Shown: piece after piece, positions 1 to 10,461 of the stretch
Layout: every line of letters begins with the position of its first letter
How positions within the stretch are numbered: the first letter of the stretch is position 1
Origin: Thecamonas trahens ATCC 50062
Taxonomy: Eukaryota > Protista > Apusomonadida
Reading direction: 5' to 3'
Assembly (NCBI RefSeq): GCF_000142905.1
Contig: NW_013657649.1
Location: 248,001 to 312,000, forward strand
Length of the DNA: 64,000 bases
Translations under genes and position numbers: made by a program
Notes under the pieces: generated by a model
What the model was told of the DNA's origin: nothing
Database searches by the model: none
The model's input: only the letters and a program-made list of their open reading frames with translations

Positions 1-3000
1 TGGCGACGGCGTCCGGCAAAGTGGCGGTCCGGTTTACGCAGTCGATGGGTGGGAGCTGGAGCAAGGTGGTGAGCGCAGTGTTTTCGCGGTCAGGTCACGA
101 GCTGCTCTGCACCACGCCGACGTTTGATGAGGCTGTGCGCGGGCCGGTGATGGTGGAGGCGTCATACGACGGAATTCACTACACGCGGTCGCGGTTGGAG
201 TTTATCGTGTTTGACGAGCCAACGTTCAACTCATTCTCGCCGGTGAGCCTGACGCCGTCCAAGGGCGCGATGCTTGAGCTTGCGACCGAGAACGTGACAG
301 ATACCGGCATGTTGGGCGTCAAGTTTGTGGATGCCGTATCAAAGACCGAGGTGCATGCAGCGACGGTGCTGGTCAAGTCGAGCTCGACGGTCCTTGTCTC
401 GCCGCCACCGTACGATCCACAGCAGGGCGACGTGGCGTACTCGGTCGAGCTGACGCTCAACAAGCAGGACTACATCCCGTGCGGCTCCGGTGAACTCTTC
501 CGGTGGGTGCGGGTCAAAGCGGTGTTCCCGCTCGCGGCGCCTTTGCGCGGCGGGACGCCGCTGACGTTTACCGGAACCAACCTCACACCCGATGCCGAGT
601 ACTCGGTCGCGTTCCACGGCGCCAACACGCTAGTCAACTCGGTCCTCACGCCGCTCCTCCACGGTGCAGGTGTCCTGATTAAGTCGTTCTCGATGGCGCA
701 GCTCTCGCGATCGTTTTCGCGCCAGTCGGTGGTGTGGAGCAGCAACGACGAGACGGAAGCCGACGTGAGTGGCGCTTTGGGCTCGAAGAGCAAAAGCTTG
801 TCCAGCTCGTCAAGTTTGCTCGAGGAACAGATGGAAGAAGAAGAAGCAATGAGCGGGAGCGGGGATGGTGACGACTTTGAGTCGATTTCGCTCTCCAGCG
901 CCTCGAGCAGCTCGTCGAGCAGCGGATCTCAGCAGGCGGATGCGTATGGACCAGACGACGATTTCGAGGACTTGGGCGACGACTCATTCTCGCTGGACGA
1001 CATGAGCTGCGGAAGCGAAAGTACGGCCGAGAGCGAGGCTCCGTCTGCGGGCAGTGATGCAGCCGACACTCAATGTGGCTCAAGGTGCTCTTCGTCGGCT
1101 TCTTCGGCCACTTCGTCGTCTTCGTCTTCACTTTGCATCCAGAACGAGGCGATGTTGCCGGCTGCAGCCAAGTCGGTGTCGTCGTCGGCGGACTCGATGG
1201 TCTCGTTCCAGGCTCAGGCCTCTATGGATGTGCGGAGCATGATGGGGGTGCGAACCCAGTCTGCGGCGGCGGCGAAGAGCGGGAAGTTTGGAAGTATGGC
1301 TGGGCAGGCGAAGCGCAGCAAACTGGAGAGCGGGATGGCGTCGTCCCAACTTGCGTCTCAGTCTGAGGGCGCGATGGCTGGCTTTGGAGAGGGGTACGCG
1401 GTTGGGGCCACGTCTTTAGACTCTGACGATGGGGTGACGTCGCTCGCGTATCACAAAAGATTCGAGCTTGCGGTCGAGCCGGCGACGGGCTCTGGGCGCC
1501 ACGAGCACTTTGTCGGCTCGATGAAGGAGCCGCAACGGCCAGGGCAGTCACCGCTCTCGCGCGGCGGGAATAGCAGCTCGTCGAAAGTTATGTCGATGAA
1601 GCGGCAGCGGACCGAGGGACTGCCACCGATCAAGGTCAGGCTCGGCGTGGCGCCACCCCGTGACAGCGGTGTGCTTTGGCTGAGCTCGCTCTTTGAGCTT
1701 GGCGAGATTCACTGGCTGGAGACGCGTGCTGTCGACGAGGTCGAGTACCGCGTGGGCGTGTGCAGTGTGACGATGTTGCGGAGTGTGGAGGTGGTTGATG
1801 CAAGCTACGAAGGGTGGCAGCCGCAGTCGGATGATCTGGTAGGCTATCTCACGGTGGTGTCGCCTGGCCAGTCTGCGGTCTCTGTCCTGCAGATGATCTC
1901 TCTCCGCAGCGTGATGTCGTTCAACTCGCTGCTTGATGCCAAGGCGGCGATCGGGTCGGGCGAGGCGAGTGGCTGGATGAGCAGCACCATGTCGCCGACC
2001 ATATCGCGGCACACCTCGCGGGCTCGCCGCGAGTCGAGCGTGAGCGCGGGTGACAGGCAGACGTTGGGCCGGCACTTGAGCGGGATGACTCGGGAGCGGT
2101 CTACGACGGAGCCGACGGACCTGTTTGACGCGGCCAAGCTGGAAGCGCAACTGGACTCGGTGTTTGTACCAGCGGAGCCGTTAACCCGCGAGGAAGCGAG
2201 CGGGCTTTTGCTGGCGCTTGGTCTGGTGAGCGAACGTGGGATGGAGGAGAGCTACCGCACGTTTTACGCGGGTCACGGGGTGTGGCCACTGGATGTCAAC
2301 TTGATCTCCACCTTTGTCAACATTTTCCACCGGCCTGTACCGATTGATGACGAGCATGACGATGAAGGCAGTAGCAGCGAGGTTGGCGATGGTCACGATG
2401 CCGATCATGCCGCCGACGGCGGCAATGGGCTCTCAGGTTCGATGGTTTGCATCTCGGTTGCGATTGAGAGTGAGACGGTGACGGTGCCGGCGTCGGTCGA
2501 AGCGCGGCGGGTAGTGACCGGAACGGTGTCGTCGTCGGTCTCGGCAGGCGATGGTGCCGCTGGCGGCGGCGGCGGCAGCGAGGTTGACGAGGCGAGTGGT
2601 GTGGGTGATGGAAGCGGGGTGCTCTCGATTTCCATGCTCGGCTATCTCCGGCAGCCGCACGTCCATCCTAACCCACATGTTGGGCGCGGAAGCGGGGGCG
2701 GAGCCAGCGGAGTCGCAAGCAGCAAGGCGCTCGGGCGGAAGCGAAAAGGCGGAAGCGGGCGGACCGGCGGTGAGTCGGCGGCCAAGCTCGGGCTCAATGC
2801 CGACGTCGCAGGCGAAGCTGCAGCAGATCTGCCGGTGCTGCCGATCTCTGTGCGCTATACTTTGAGTCTTGTGCAGGCATCAGGGTCGAGCGCGGTGCGA
2901 GGCAAGATCTCGATCGGGGCCTCGTCGGCGCCGTCGTCGCTCATTTCACACGTGGACGTGACAGGACACTACAACCGTGACGGCAAGGGTGTGCTGTTCC

Positions 3001-6000
3001 TCACCCCTTCTACGACCAACTCGTCAACGACGTTTTCGGACTCGCGATGGGAGGGCATCGTGCCATTGGCAAACTCGGGCGGAGATGACGGAACCGGCTT
3101 TGGCGCCCAGTTTGAGCTCTTTGAGTACGGTCCGACAGCCGGCACAGAGACGCTTCAGTGCCGGTCGCCAGCATTTGAGCGCAGTTTCGATTCTGTCAAG
3201 GCGATCGTTTCGCGGAACGGGACGGCGCTCGCCGACGCGCTGCCGTTCTATCTCCTCAGTGAGCCCGAGGCTGTGACATGCTCGCCGGCGTTTGGGCAGA
3301 TCCGCGGTGCAGGCGACCTTGTGCTCCGGTGGGAGCCGGCACCGGCGAGCCTGGAACTTGTTTCGCTTGAGAGCTACAAAGCCTATCGCGAGGCGAAGGA
3401 CCGCGACGACGAGGCGGCGGCCCAGGGTATGGCTGTGGAGGCGCGGTCAGGCGGGGTGTTGACAGCGCCTGCCGGCGGGGGCAGTGGTGACCGGCGCGGG
3501 TCCAAGGCAGCGGCGGTGGTGGCGAAGCTGCTGCTTGCGGCGCCGCAGGTGGAGATCCAGGTCTTTGTTGACTCGCTGCCGATGCCTGTGCGCGAGGCGG
3601 CTGTGACCGCGAGTGGACTGATTGATACCGAGCGTGTGGAGCAGCGGTACCTGGACGTGATGCGGCTGGTGTACACGTACTCGGGCGGATGGGCACTTGA
3701 CGAGGTTAGTGGCGAGTGGCTGCTGTGCGCGGAGATTCCGCGGCTGGAGGCGGGGCTGGCAGGCTCGCTTGCGGCGCAACTGAGCAAGGCTGTGGGCTCT
3801 CCGATTGCGCCTCTCCTGCTGCGGGTCTCACTCAATGACGGGCTGTCGTACTCGAACCGGCTGGTGCCGTATACGCTTGTGGCGCCGCCGCGCATGCACT
3901 ACGCCGAGCCGGATGCGTCGCCGATTGGCGGAAGCGAGGAGATACGGCTGGTGGGCGAGTTTGAGCTGGAGCCCTCTATCGAGGCAACAACGAGGCCAGC
4001 GGTCGAGTTTTGCAACGTGGCAACTGGCGAGACTGTGGTTGTGAGAGGGAGTGATGTAATGCGGATCTCGCCCCATGTTTTTAAGGTGGTGACTCCTCCG
4101 ATGAGCACCTCTGGCAACGTTCGTGTCTCGCTGTCCTACACCGGTGTACAAATGCGATGTGAGCCACCGGTGCATGTGACGTACTGGCGGAACACGGCCG
4201 AGCTCAAGGCGTTGCGTAAGAAGATGCGGCGCGAGCGGCAGGCGATGCGGCAGGCGCGTGACCGGTTTCTGGCGGACGCTGTCCACGACTCGCAGTTGGA
4301 CGAGATTGTGCATGCTGGGCTGACTTCGTCGGCCTCACTCTCGTTCTCGTCTCAAGCGCTCCACTCACTGGGCAAGGGTCGCGGCGGCAAGGCTGCGACG
4401 GTGCGGTCAGCGAGCGAACTGGGCGCGCTCAACCTCTCGGTCTCGTCGGTCTCGTCAGCCGGCTCACGGAGCGAATTAGTAGAGTCGCGGGCGAGCCAGA
4501 GCTCGCTTGCGCGGCGGAGGCTGAGGCAGTCAGCAGGAAGTGGAGGTGGCGGCCGCGGTGGCCGAACAGGACTGCCACCGCGCTCGCGGCTGCCCAAGGC
4601 GCAGAGCGTCGCCGATGACGAGCTCTCTGAGTGCTCCGAGGCGATTGTCCGTTCATGCGATGAAAGTGAGAGCGGGAGGAGGTCGCCGTCATCATCAGTC
4701 TCGTCGCTCTCACCGGGCTCACCCATTGATGGCGAGCCAGTCGGTGTGGTGCGAAGTGCGGTGCGCCGAGGAGATCCACGGAAGGCGGTGACGACGTCTG
4801 GGGTCGAGGAGCGCGAGTCGCCGAGCGAGCACTCGTCGCCGCTGCCATCGTCAAGGTCGGTGTCGCCGGAGCAGGATGAAGAGGCCGGTGGCGCTCACTC
4901 GAGTTCGAGCGGGGCCGAGTCTAGCAGCGGCGACGGTCTTGAGCTGTTGTCTGACCGTGAGGTTTTGGCGCGGATGGGGATTTCCCTGAAGGATCTCGAA
5001 GCCGAGCGCGAGGCCGATGCGCGGCGCGAGGCCGAGCTTGACGAGGAGCTCAAGGAGATCGAGGCGCGACTGGAGGCGTCACGGAAGGAACAAGATGCGT
5101 TTGAAGCGTCGGAGCAGGCGCGACTGGAGGCGCTACAGGCGGCGATGGCGGAGATTGCGAGGCACGAGGCCGAGGAGATGGTCCAGCTGAAGCGAAGCGA
5201 TGCCAAGGCGTGGCAGCGGCGGCGAAGCAAGCTGGCCAAGCGCGAGCGGAAGCGTGTCAAGCAGCTGCGGTTATGGCAGGAGCAGAAGAAGAGTCGGTGG
5301 GCCAAGGAGCGTGCGCGGCTGGAGGCTGAGGCTGAGATGGTTCGGTTGAAGGCAGCCAAGTCGCGGAAAGCCAAGACGCAGCAGCTGCTCATCAGGCGGC
5401 GCAAGGAGTGGGTTGTGCTCGCGCGGCGGCTGGGCCCAATTGCCTCGGCCCGGGTTGCCAAGCGCCACGCGGCGTTGGCGGCAGAGCGATCTGAGGCACG
5501 CGAGGCCGAGGCTGCAGCGCGGGCGCGAGCGCGTCGCGAGCACATGGCGCGGATGGCCGAGTCGCGGGCGCGAACGGTGGTTGTGCACCGTGCACGCGAG
5601 CGAGCTTGGGATGCCAACGAGGAGCATGCGCGGGCGGTTGTTGATGCTGCGCACCGGCGTGAGGCCGAGCTGTACCAGCAGGTGGAGCGGATAAGACCGG
5701 ACGGCTATTACCGAGCGATGGCAACCATTGCGCGTGGAGCGCGGCTCGAGCCGGTCTCTCGCGCTTCGGCATGGGCGTCGAGCGCAAAGGTTCCGGAGCG
5801 GCTTGCGGCATCCGAGCCGCTGCCATCGATCCAAGTAGCCGGCCCATCGTCGTCGCAGGTCTTTGGCGACGATCCGTTCGGCGGCAGCACCAGCGGCGGT
5901 GGTGGCAGTGGCGACGACGACGATGCCGTGGGCGGAGCACAGCGTGCGCTCACCCACAGCGACCTCATGTCGTCACGACCACCATCGGGCCCTGGGCGTA

Positions 6001-6068
6001 GTCGGACGAGCCGGTGGCGCGAGCATCGCCGCCAGCAGCAGAGCACGCCTCACCGGCGTCGCGCGTGA
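1..6068 (+). CDS. Large IPT/TIG-repeat protein with Ser/acidic low-complexity tracts and a C-terminal charged coiled coil (5' partial)
   Basis: The frame is open from the window start. IPT-like segments: 'VFPLAAPLRGGTPLTFTGTNL', 'LCTTP..GPVMVEASYDG..YT', 'EPDASPIGGSEEIRLVGEF..VVTPPMSTSGNVRVSLS'. E/K/R-rich helical C-terminus. Confidence 0.7.
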   Translation, partial: ATASGKVAVRFTQSMGGSWSKVVSAVFSRSGHELLCTTPTFDEAVRGPVMVEASYDGIHYTRSRLEFIVFDEPTFNSFSPVSLTPSKGAMLELATENVTDTGMLGVKFVDAVSKTEVHAATVLVKSSSTVLVSPPPYDPQQGDVAYSVELTLNKQDYIPCGSGELFRWVRVKAVFPLAAPLRGGTPLTFTGTNLTPDAEYSVAFHGANTLVNSVLTPLLHGAGVLIKSFSMAQLSRSFSRQSVVWSSNDETEADVSGALGSKSKSLSSSSSLLEEQMEEEEAMSGSGDGDDFESISLSSASSSSSSSGSQQADAYGPDDDFEDLGDDSFSLDDMSCGSESTAESEAPSAGSDAADTQCGSRCSSSASSATSSSSSSLCIQNEAMLPAAAKSVSSSADSMVSFQAQASMDVRSMMGVRTQSAAAAKSGKFGSMAGQAKRSKLESGMASSQLASQSEGAMAGFGEGYAVGATSLDSDDGVTSLAYHKRFELAVEPATGSGRHEHFVGSMKEPQRPGQSPLSRGGNSSSSKVMSMKRQRTEGLPPIKVRLGVAPPRDSGVLWLSSLFELGEIHWLETRAVDEVEYRVGVCSVTMLRSVEVVDASYEGWQPQSDDLVGYLTVVSPGQSAVSVLQMISLRSVMSFNSLLDAKAAIGSGEASGWMSSTMSPTISRHTSRARRESSVSAGDRQTLGRHLSGMTRERSTTEPTDLFDAAKLEAQLDSVFVPAEPLTREEASGLLLALGLVSERGMEESYRTFYAGHGVWPLDVNLISTFVNIFHRPVPIDDEHDDEGSSSEVGDGHDADHAADGGNGLSGSMVCISVAIESETVTVPASVEARRVVTGTVSSSVSAGDGAAGGGGGSEVDEASGVGDGSGVLSISMLGYLRQPHVHPNPHVGRGSGGGASGVASSKALGRKRKGGSGRTGGESAAKLGLNADVAGEAAADLPVLPISVRYTLSLVQASGSSAVRGKISIGASSAPSSLISHVDVTGHYNRDGKGVLFLTPSTTNSSTTFSDSRWEGIVPLANSGGDDGTGFGAQFELFEYGPTAGTETLQCRSPAFERSFDSVKAIVSRNGTALADALPFYLLSEPEAVTCSPAFGQIRGAGDLVLRWEPAPASLELVSLESYKAYREAKDRDDEAAAQGMAVEARSGGVLTAPAGGGSGDRRGSKAAAVVAKLLLAAPQVEIQVFVDSLPMPVREAAVTASGLIDTERVEQRYLDVMRLVYTYSGGWALDEVSGEWLLCAEIPRLEAGLAGSLAAQLSKAVGSPIAPLLLRVSLNDGLSYSNRLVPYTLVAPPRMHYAEPDASPIGGSEEIRLVGEFELEPSIEATTRPAVEFCNVATGETVVVRGSDVMRISPHVFKVVTPPMSTSGNVRVSLSYTGVQMRCEPPVHVTYWRNTAELKALRKKMRRERQAMRQARDRFLADAVHDSQLDEIVHAGLTSSASLSFSSQALHSLGKGRGGKAATVRSASELGALNLSVSSVSSAGSRSELVESRASQSSLARRRLRQSAGSGGGGRGGRTGLPPRSRLPKAQSVADDELSECSEAIVRSCDESESGRRSPSSSVSSLSPGSPIDGEPVGVVRSAVRRGDPRKAVTTSGVEERESPSEHSSPLPSSRSVSPEQDEEAGGAHSSSSGAESSSGDGLELLSDREVLARMGISLKDLEAEREADARREAELDEELKEIEARLEASRKEQDAFEASEQARLEALQAAMAEIARHEAEEMVQLKRSDAKAWQRRRSKLAKRERKRVKQLRLWQEQKKSRWAKERARLEAEAEMVRLKAAKSRKAKTQQLLIRRRKEWVVLARRLGPIASARVAKRHAALAAERSEAREAEAAARARARREHMARMAESRARTVVVHRARERAWDANEEHARAVVDAAHRREAELYQQVERIRPDGYYRAMATIARGARLEPVSRASAWASSAKVPERLAASEPLPSIQVAGPSSSQVFGDDPFGGSTSGGGGSGDDDDAVGGAQRALTHSDLMSSRPPSGPGRSRTSRWREHRRQQQSTPHRRRA

Positions 6069-6207
6069 TGGCCCTTTTACGGTTGATCTTGCGCAGTGGG
6101 GATAAACAACCGCTGACGATTTGTCGATGATATGGTGGTGCCGAAGGTGACAGAGACTCGATTTGCCAGACGACCACCCCACGCCACTTGTCGCAAATCG
6201 CCCATTC

Positions 6208-6366
6208 GTACGTTCGGCATGACACCACCACCACCACCACCACCACCGAGTACAGCCCCAGCGAGTCCTCCCTCTCCCCCACAGGACACAGAAGTAGAGC
6301 ACACAGAGCCACCCCGACAAGCACATCCCCCCCCCCCCCCCCTCTCCACATCCCCACTCACCGTAG
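6208..6366 (+). other. Putative 5'-UTR intron of PRIM2
   Basis: GTACGT donor, C-rich body and CTCACCGTAG end 9 nt before the ATG, matching the other introns in this window. Confidence 0.35.
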
Positions 6367-6375
6367 ATTCTAGTC

Positions 6376-8007
6376 ATGCTCGGGGTGGGCTCACGCAAGA
6401 CGGCGGTGGTCTCGTCCAAGGCACACGCGCGCAAGGCGGCAGGCGAAGGATCACGAGCGGCGGTGTTGTCGCTGTATGCGGTACCACCGACGGAAGAGCT
6501 TTCGCTGCAAGAGTTCGAGGAGCTGGCGCTCAAGAGGGTGCAGCTGCTCAAGGCCATTGCGGCGGCCAAGGCGGTGGGCAAGAGCGGGAAGGAGCTGTCG
6601 CTGGCGGTGGGCAAGGCCGTGGACGCCTTCCTGCCCTTCCGGGCTACCTCGCGTGACGAGGCTGAGCGCGAGGACCATATCTCCCACTTTATTCTCCGTC
6701 TGGCCTACTGCCGCACCGAGGAGCTCCGCCGGTGGTTCCTCACCCACGAGTGCGAGCTGCTGCGGTGGCGCATCGGCCGCGAGAGCCCTGCCGCCGTGGA
6801 GGCTTTTCTTGCCCGCGAGAATCTCAACTATCCCTCGCTCACCAACGAGGAGCTGGCACGTTTTGAGGCGCAGCTGACTACCATCTCGACCATCATGAAG
6901 CGCAAGGACGATCGGGCGGCGCTGGCCCAGGCGGCGGAGAGCTCGTTGGCCTCGCTGAAGACGACCGGCAAGCTGGCCAAGGACGCCGGCGGTGTCGGCG
7001 GCGGCATTCGTCTCACGGCCGGCTCGTACTTTAAGGTCCCGTTCGAGCAGGCCATCGAGCTTGTGCAGCGGCGGCAGGTGTTTGTCAACGGCGGATGGGC
7101 GTACGTCCGGCGCAAGGATATGGTGGCCATTGTGGTGGCCGAGTTCCGGTCGCGGCTCTCGCGGTCGCTCGCGGTGGCGTCCAAGGCGCTGCCACAGCTC
7201 TCTGAGGACGAGCGGGTTGTCCCGCTCCTCACCAACCTCTCGCGGCAGTACCTTGGGCCGGACTACTCCAAGACCAAGGTAGAGGGTGCCATCTCGCTTG
7301 ACCAGATCGACACACTTGCCAAGCGGTCGATGCCGCTGTGCATGTCGAACCTGCACTCGCACCTGCGGTCGGCCCACCATCTCAAGCACGGTGGGCGGCG
7401 GCAGTACGGACTCTTCCTCAAGGATATCGGGCTCTCGATGGAGGACTCGCTCAACTTTTGGCGGGCTGAGTTTACGCAGATGATGACGCTGGACAAGTTC
7501 TCCAAGAGTTACGCGTACTCGATCCGCCACAACTATGGCAAGGAGGGCCGCCGCGTCGAGTCGCGCGCCTTTTCGTGCGTTCGCATCATTACGGCCAACG
7601 CACCGGGTCCTGCCGATCACCACGGCTGCCCGTTCCGCCACTTTTCGCCCGAGAAGCTCGCCCACACGCTCACCGCCAAGGGCGTCGGCGGCGCCGGTCT
7701 CAAGGAGATCCTCAACCTCATTGCGGGCCACCACTACCAGATCGCATGCACCCGCTACTTTGAGCTGACTCATCCCGACGCCGAGACCGTCCAGCCGATC
7801 GAGCACCCGAACGCGTTCTTTACCCAGTCCGAGGCGTACTGGCGGGCCAAGCAGGGCTCGTCCGGCGAGGAAGCTAAGCCCAAGCTCCGCCTTGCTAGTG
7901 ATGCGGCTGGCGAGGCAGGCGCTGGCGAGGCAGGCGCCAGTGAGGCTGGGCCGTCTGTTGAGGCTGGCGCTGCGGTCGAGGCCATGGTTGTTGCGGACGA
8001 CGAGTGA
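6376..8007 (+). CDS. PRIM2: DNA primase large subunit (Fe-S)
   Basis: 'DHISHFILRLAYCRTEELRRWF', 'PLCM', 'HHLKHGGRRQYGLFLKDIGL', 'YSIRHNYGKEG', 'HHGCPFRH' and 'IEHPN' are PriL motifs including the Fe-S cysteines. Confidence 0.97.
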   Translation: MLGVGSRKTAVVSSKAHARKAAGEGSRAAVLSLYAVPPTEELSLQEFEELALKRVQLLKAIAAAKAVGKSGKELSLAVGKAVDAFLPFRATSRDEAEREDHISHFILRLAYCRTEELRRWFLTHECELLRWRIGRESPAAVEAFLARENLNYPSLTNEELARFEAQLTTISTIMKRKDDRAALAQAAESSLASLKTTGKLAKDAGGVGGGIRLTAGSYFKVPFEQAIELVQRRQVFVNGGWAYVRRKDMVAIVVAEFRSRLSRSLAVASKALPQLSEDERVVPLLTNLSRQYLGPDYSKTKVEGAISLDQIDTLAKRSMPLCMSNLHSHLRSAHHLKHGGRRQYGLFLKDIGLSMEDSLNFWRAEFTQMMTLDKFSKSYAYSIRHNYGKEGRRVESRAFSCVRIITANAPGPADHHGCPFRHFSPEKLAHTLTAKGVGGAGLKEILNLIAGHHYQIACTRYFELTHPDAETVQPIEHPNAFFTQSEAYWRAKQGSSGEEAKPKLRLASDAAGEAGAGEAGASEAGPSVEAGAAVEAMVVADDE

Positions 8008-8022
8008 TGGGGGGTGTAAATG

Positions 8023-10125
8023 TTACTCGAGATCGTTGTCGTCGTAGTCGGAGTCGTCGAGCTCGTCATCGTCGAGATCGTCGTCGTCGTCATCGTCATC
8101 GTCGTCGTCGTCATAATCGTACGCGTCACCGTCGTCGTCGTCGTACTCGTCGTCATCGTCGTCGTACTCGTACTCGTAGAGGTCATCGTAACCGTCACCA
8201 TCGGCGTCATCGCCATGGTCATTCCCGTCGTCGCAGTCGTCATCATCGTCGTCGTACTCGTCTGACGAATAGTACTCGTACTCGTACTCGGGCGCAGTGG
8301 CCTCGTCGTTGTCGGGGACAGAGGCGGCAGCGGCAGCGGCGGCGGAGGAGCGCGCCGAGGCGACATGGGCGCGAAGCGCGGGGCTGGCGCCGTGCGAGTT
8401 CGTCTTGCGACGGGTGAGCGGAGGGCCGGCAAACGGTTCGACAGACGAGCCGTCCTTCTCGGCGAGGGCGCGACGAAGGCGCCAGATCTCGTACGCCATC
8501 TTCTTCATCTGCGACGCGTCGTAGCCGTCGAGCGACTGGGCAGTCTCGATGGCCTTGGTCTCGAGCTCTGGGGCGGTGGCGGTGGCGGTGGCGGTGGCGG
8601 TGGCAGCGGCAGCGGCAGGCGCGGGAGCAGGCGACGGCGGGGGCGCGGATTGGGCCTGCTCGAGCTGAGCCTTTAGCTCTGCAATCTGGGCACGGTACTC
8701 TGCGTTTTCGCGGAGGAGCTGCTGGAGGCGGGCAAATTGGGCCTTGTACTTGGCGAGGAGCTCGGTCTCGGACGGCTCGATGGCGTTGGGCACGACAGCA
8801 ATCTTGGTGACAGACGAGGCATGGGCGGCAAAGACAAGGGTGTTGTGCGACTCGGCCATCTTGGAGGCCTCGGGGTTGAGGGTGCAGAGGCAGGCGATGC
8901 GGGCGTTGCCAACCAGCGACGGCTGGAGGATGCGGGTGAGCTTGGAGTCACGGAAGGGCAGGTGGCTCGAGTTGTTGCCCTTGGAAAGAATGGACATGAT
9001 GCGCGAGAGAGCAAGGAGCGAGCGGTTGATGTTTGCACCCTCGGAGCGGCCAGAGCCCGCGGTGCCGGTGTCAGAGAGGCACTCGGAGCCGGCCAGGTCG
9101 ATGAGAGTGAGGATGGAGACCGAGACGGCGCCTGACGGGTCGTTGGAGAGGAGGCGGATGCGAAAGACGGTGTGCGAGCGGGAGGAGCGGTTGTTGGCGC
9201 GTGTGGCGCGGTAGTGGCGGGCCTTCTCACCCTTTTTGAGGAACTTGAGCACATCGTCCTCGTCGTGGACCGGTGACGATGTGAGGCCGTCGATGATGAC
9301 GCCCTCGGTCGGATCGTCAAATACCTTGAGGTTGCGGCCGCGCTTCTTGGCCATGAGGTCGTTGACAACTTCGTTGTAGATCTCCAGGTACGAGACCGAA
9401 ATGACGTAGTCCGAGAGCGTGGCGCGGGCGTCCTCAAACAGCTGACGAGCCGCCAGCCGGATGATGCCGGGGTTTTCGGGCGTGCCGAGCATGGTGTGTG
9501 TCTTGCCGGAGCCGGTCTGTCCGTAGGCAAAGATGGTGGCGTTGATGCCACGGGTGGTGTCTGCGACCAGGCCCGTCACCTGCTCATCGTAGATCTCGGT
9601 TGTCTGCGACGCCGGGCCATAAACCCGGTCGAACCCGTAGCTCCGTCCCGGACTGCCATCGGGCCCCAGGTCGGCGATGGTCTGCTCGTCGAACGACCAC
9701 TCGTGCCCCGCGTTGGCGGCAGCGCCGCGGGCTGCACGCCCCGTTCGCGATCCGCTGCCACGTCCACGCCGCACCGCGGTCCCACCTCGGCGCTTGCTTC
9801 GCGCCGGCGGCTTCCGCTTGGCCACGCCACCAACAACGCCTACGTGTGCACCTGCCCGCGAGAGCGAGACCGGTCGCCCGCGTCCACGTCCACGGCCACG
9901 TCCACGTCCACGCCTGCCCGCCTTCTTGGCCGAGCCACTCGCCTTGGCACCCTTGGCACCCTTGGCGCCCTTGGCACCCTTGGTGGTCTTGGTGGTCTTG
10001 GCACCCTTGGCACCCTTGGCACCCTTGGCCTTGGGCTTGGACCTGGCCTTGGCCTTGGGGCGGGGAGTAGCCGGCGGACGGACCCGGACAAGGACTTTGA
10101 TGCGCTCGGGTCTAGAGGAGTCCAT
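8023..10125 (-). CDS. N-terminal motor kinesin (kinesin-7/CENP-E-like) with a basic insertion and an acidic tail
   Basis: 'IKVLVRVRP', P-loop 'AYGQTGSGKTHT', 'SYLEIYNE', switch I 'SSRSH', switch II 'DLAGSE', 'HLPFRDSKLTRILQPSL'. Confidence 0.92.
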   Translation of the reverse strand: MDSSRPERIKVLVRVRPPATPRPKAKARSKPKAKGAKGAKGAKTTKTTKGAKGAKGAKGAKASGSAKKAGRRGRGRGRGRGRGRPVSLSRAGAHVGVVGGVAKRKPPARSKRRGGTAVRRGRGSGSRTGRAARGAAANAGHEWSFDEQTIADLGPDGSPGRSYGFDRVYGPASQTTEIYDEQVTGLVADTTRGINATIFAYGQTGSGKTHTMLGTPENPGIIRLAARQLFEDARATLSDYVISVSYLEIYNEVVNDLMAKKRGRNLKVFDDPTEGVIIDGLTSSPVHDEDDVLKFLKKGEKARHYRATRANNRSSRSHTVFRIRLLSNDPSGAVSVSILTLIDLAGSECLSDTGTAGSGRSEGANINRSLLALSRIMSILSKGNNSSHLPFRDSKLTRILQPSLVGNARIACLCTLNPEASKMAESHNTLVFAAHASSVTKIAVVPNAIEPSETELLAKYKAQFARLQQLLRENAEYRAQIAELKAQLEQAQSAPPPSPAPAPAAAAATATATATATAPELETKAIETAQSLDGYDASQMKKMAYEIWRLRRALAEKDGSSVEPFAGPPLTRRKTNSHGASPALRAHVASARSSAAAAAAASVPDNDEATAPEYEYEYYSSDEYDDDDDDCDDGNDHGDDADGDGYDDLYEYEYDDDDDEYDDDDGDAYDYDDDDDDDDDDDDLDDDELDDSDYDDNDLE
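9880..10060 (-). repeat. Coding tandem repeats: 9-bp (AKG/TKT) units and 6-bp (RG) units
   Basis: + strand (CTTGGCACC)n and (CGTCCA)n arrays inside the kinesin ORF. Confidence 0.85.
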
Positions 10126-10461
10126 GGTGTGTGTATGTGTGTATGTGCGTATATGGGGGTGAGAGGGTGAGACGGTAGGGGAGGGGGTAGGGGGGAGTGT
10201 GCGAGGAAAGTGGGGTGTGGGTGGGTGAGTGTGGAGGGAGAGGAGCTCTCAGGTGGAGGTGGCGGTGCGGAGCGGGAAGTTTGTGAATGTGGCGGTGGGG
10301 CGACCGAGGGAGGCTGTGACACCCGCTGGTGTGGTGGCAAGGAGGGCAGGGCAGTTGCGGCAAGCGAGTGCAAGGAATTTGACCGGGAATATGTAGTGGT
10401 GGTGGTGGTGGTGGTGTGTGTGTGTGGGGGGGGGATACAGGGTGTTGCGCCCACCGCACCA

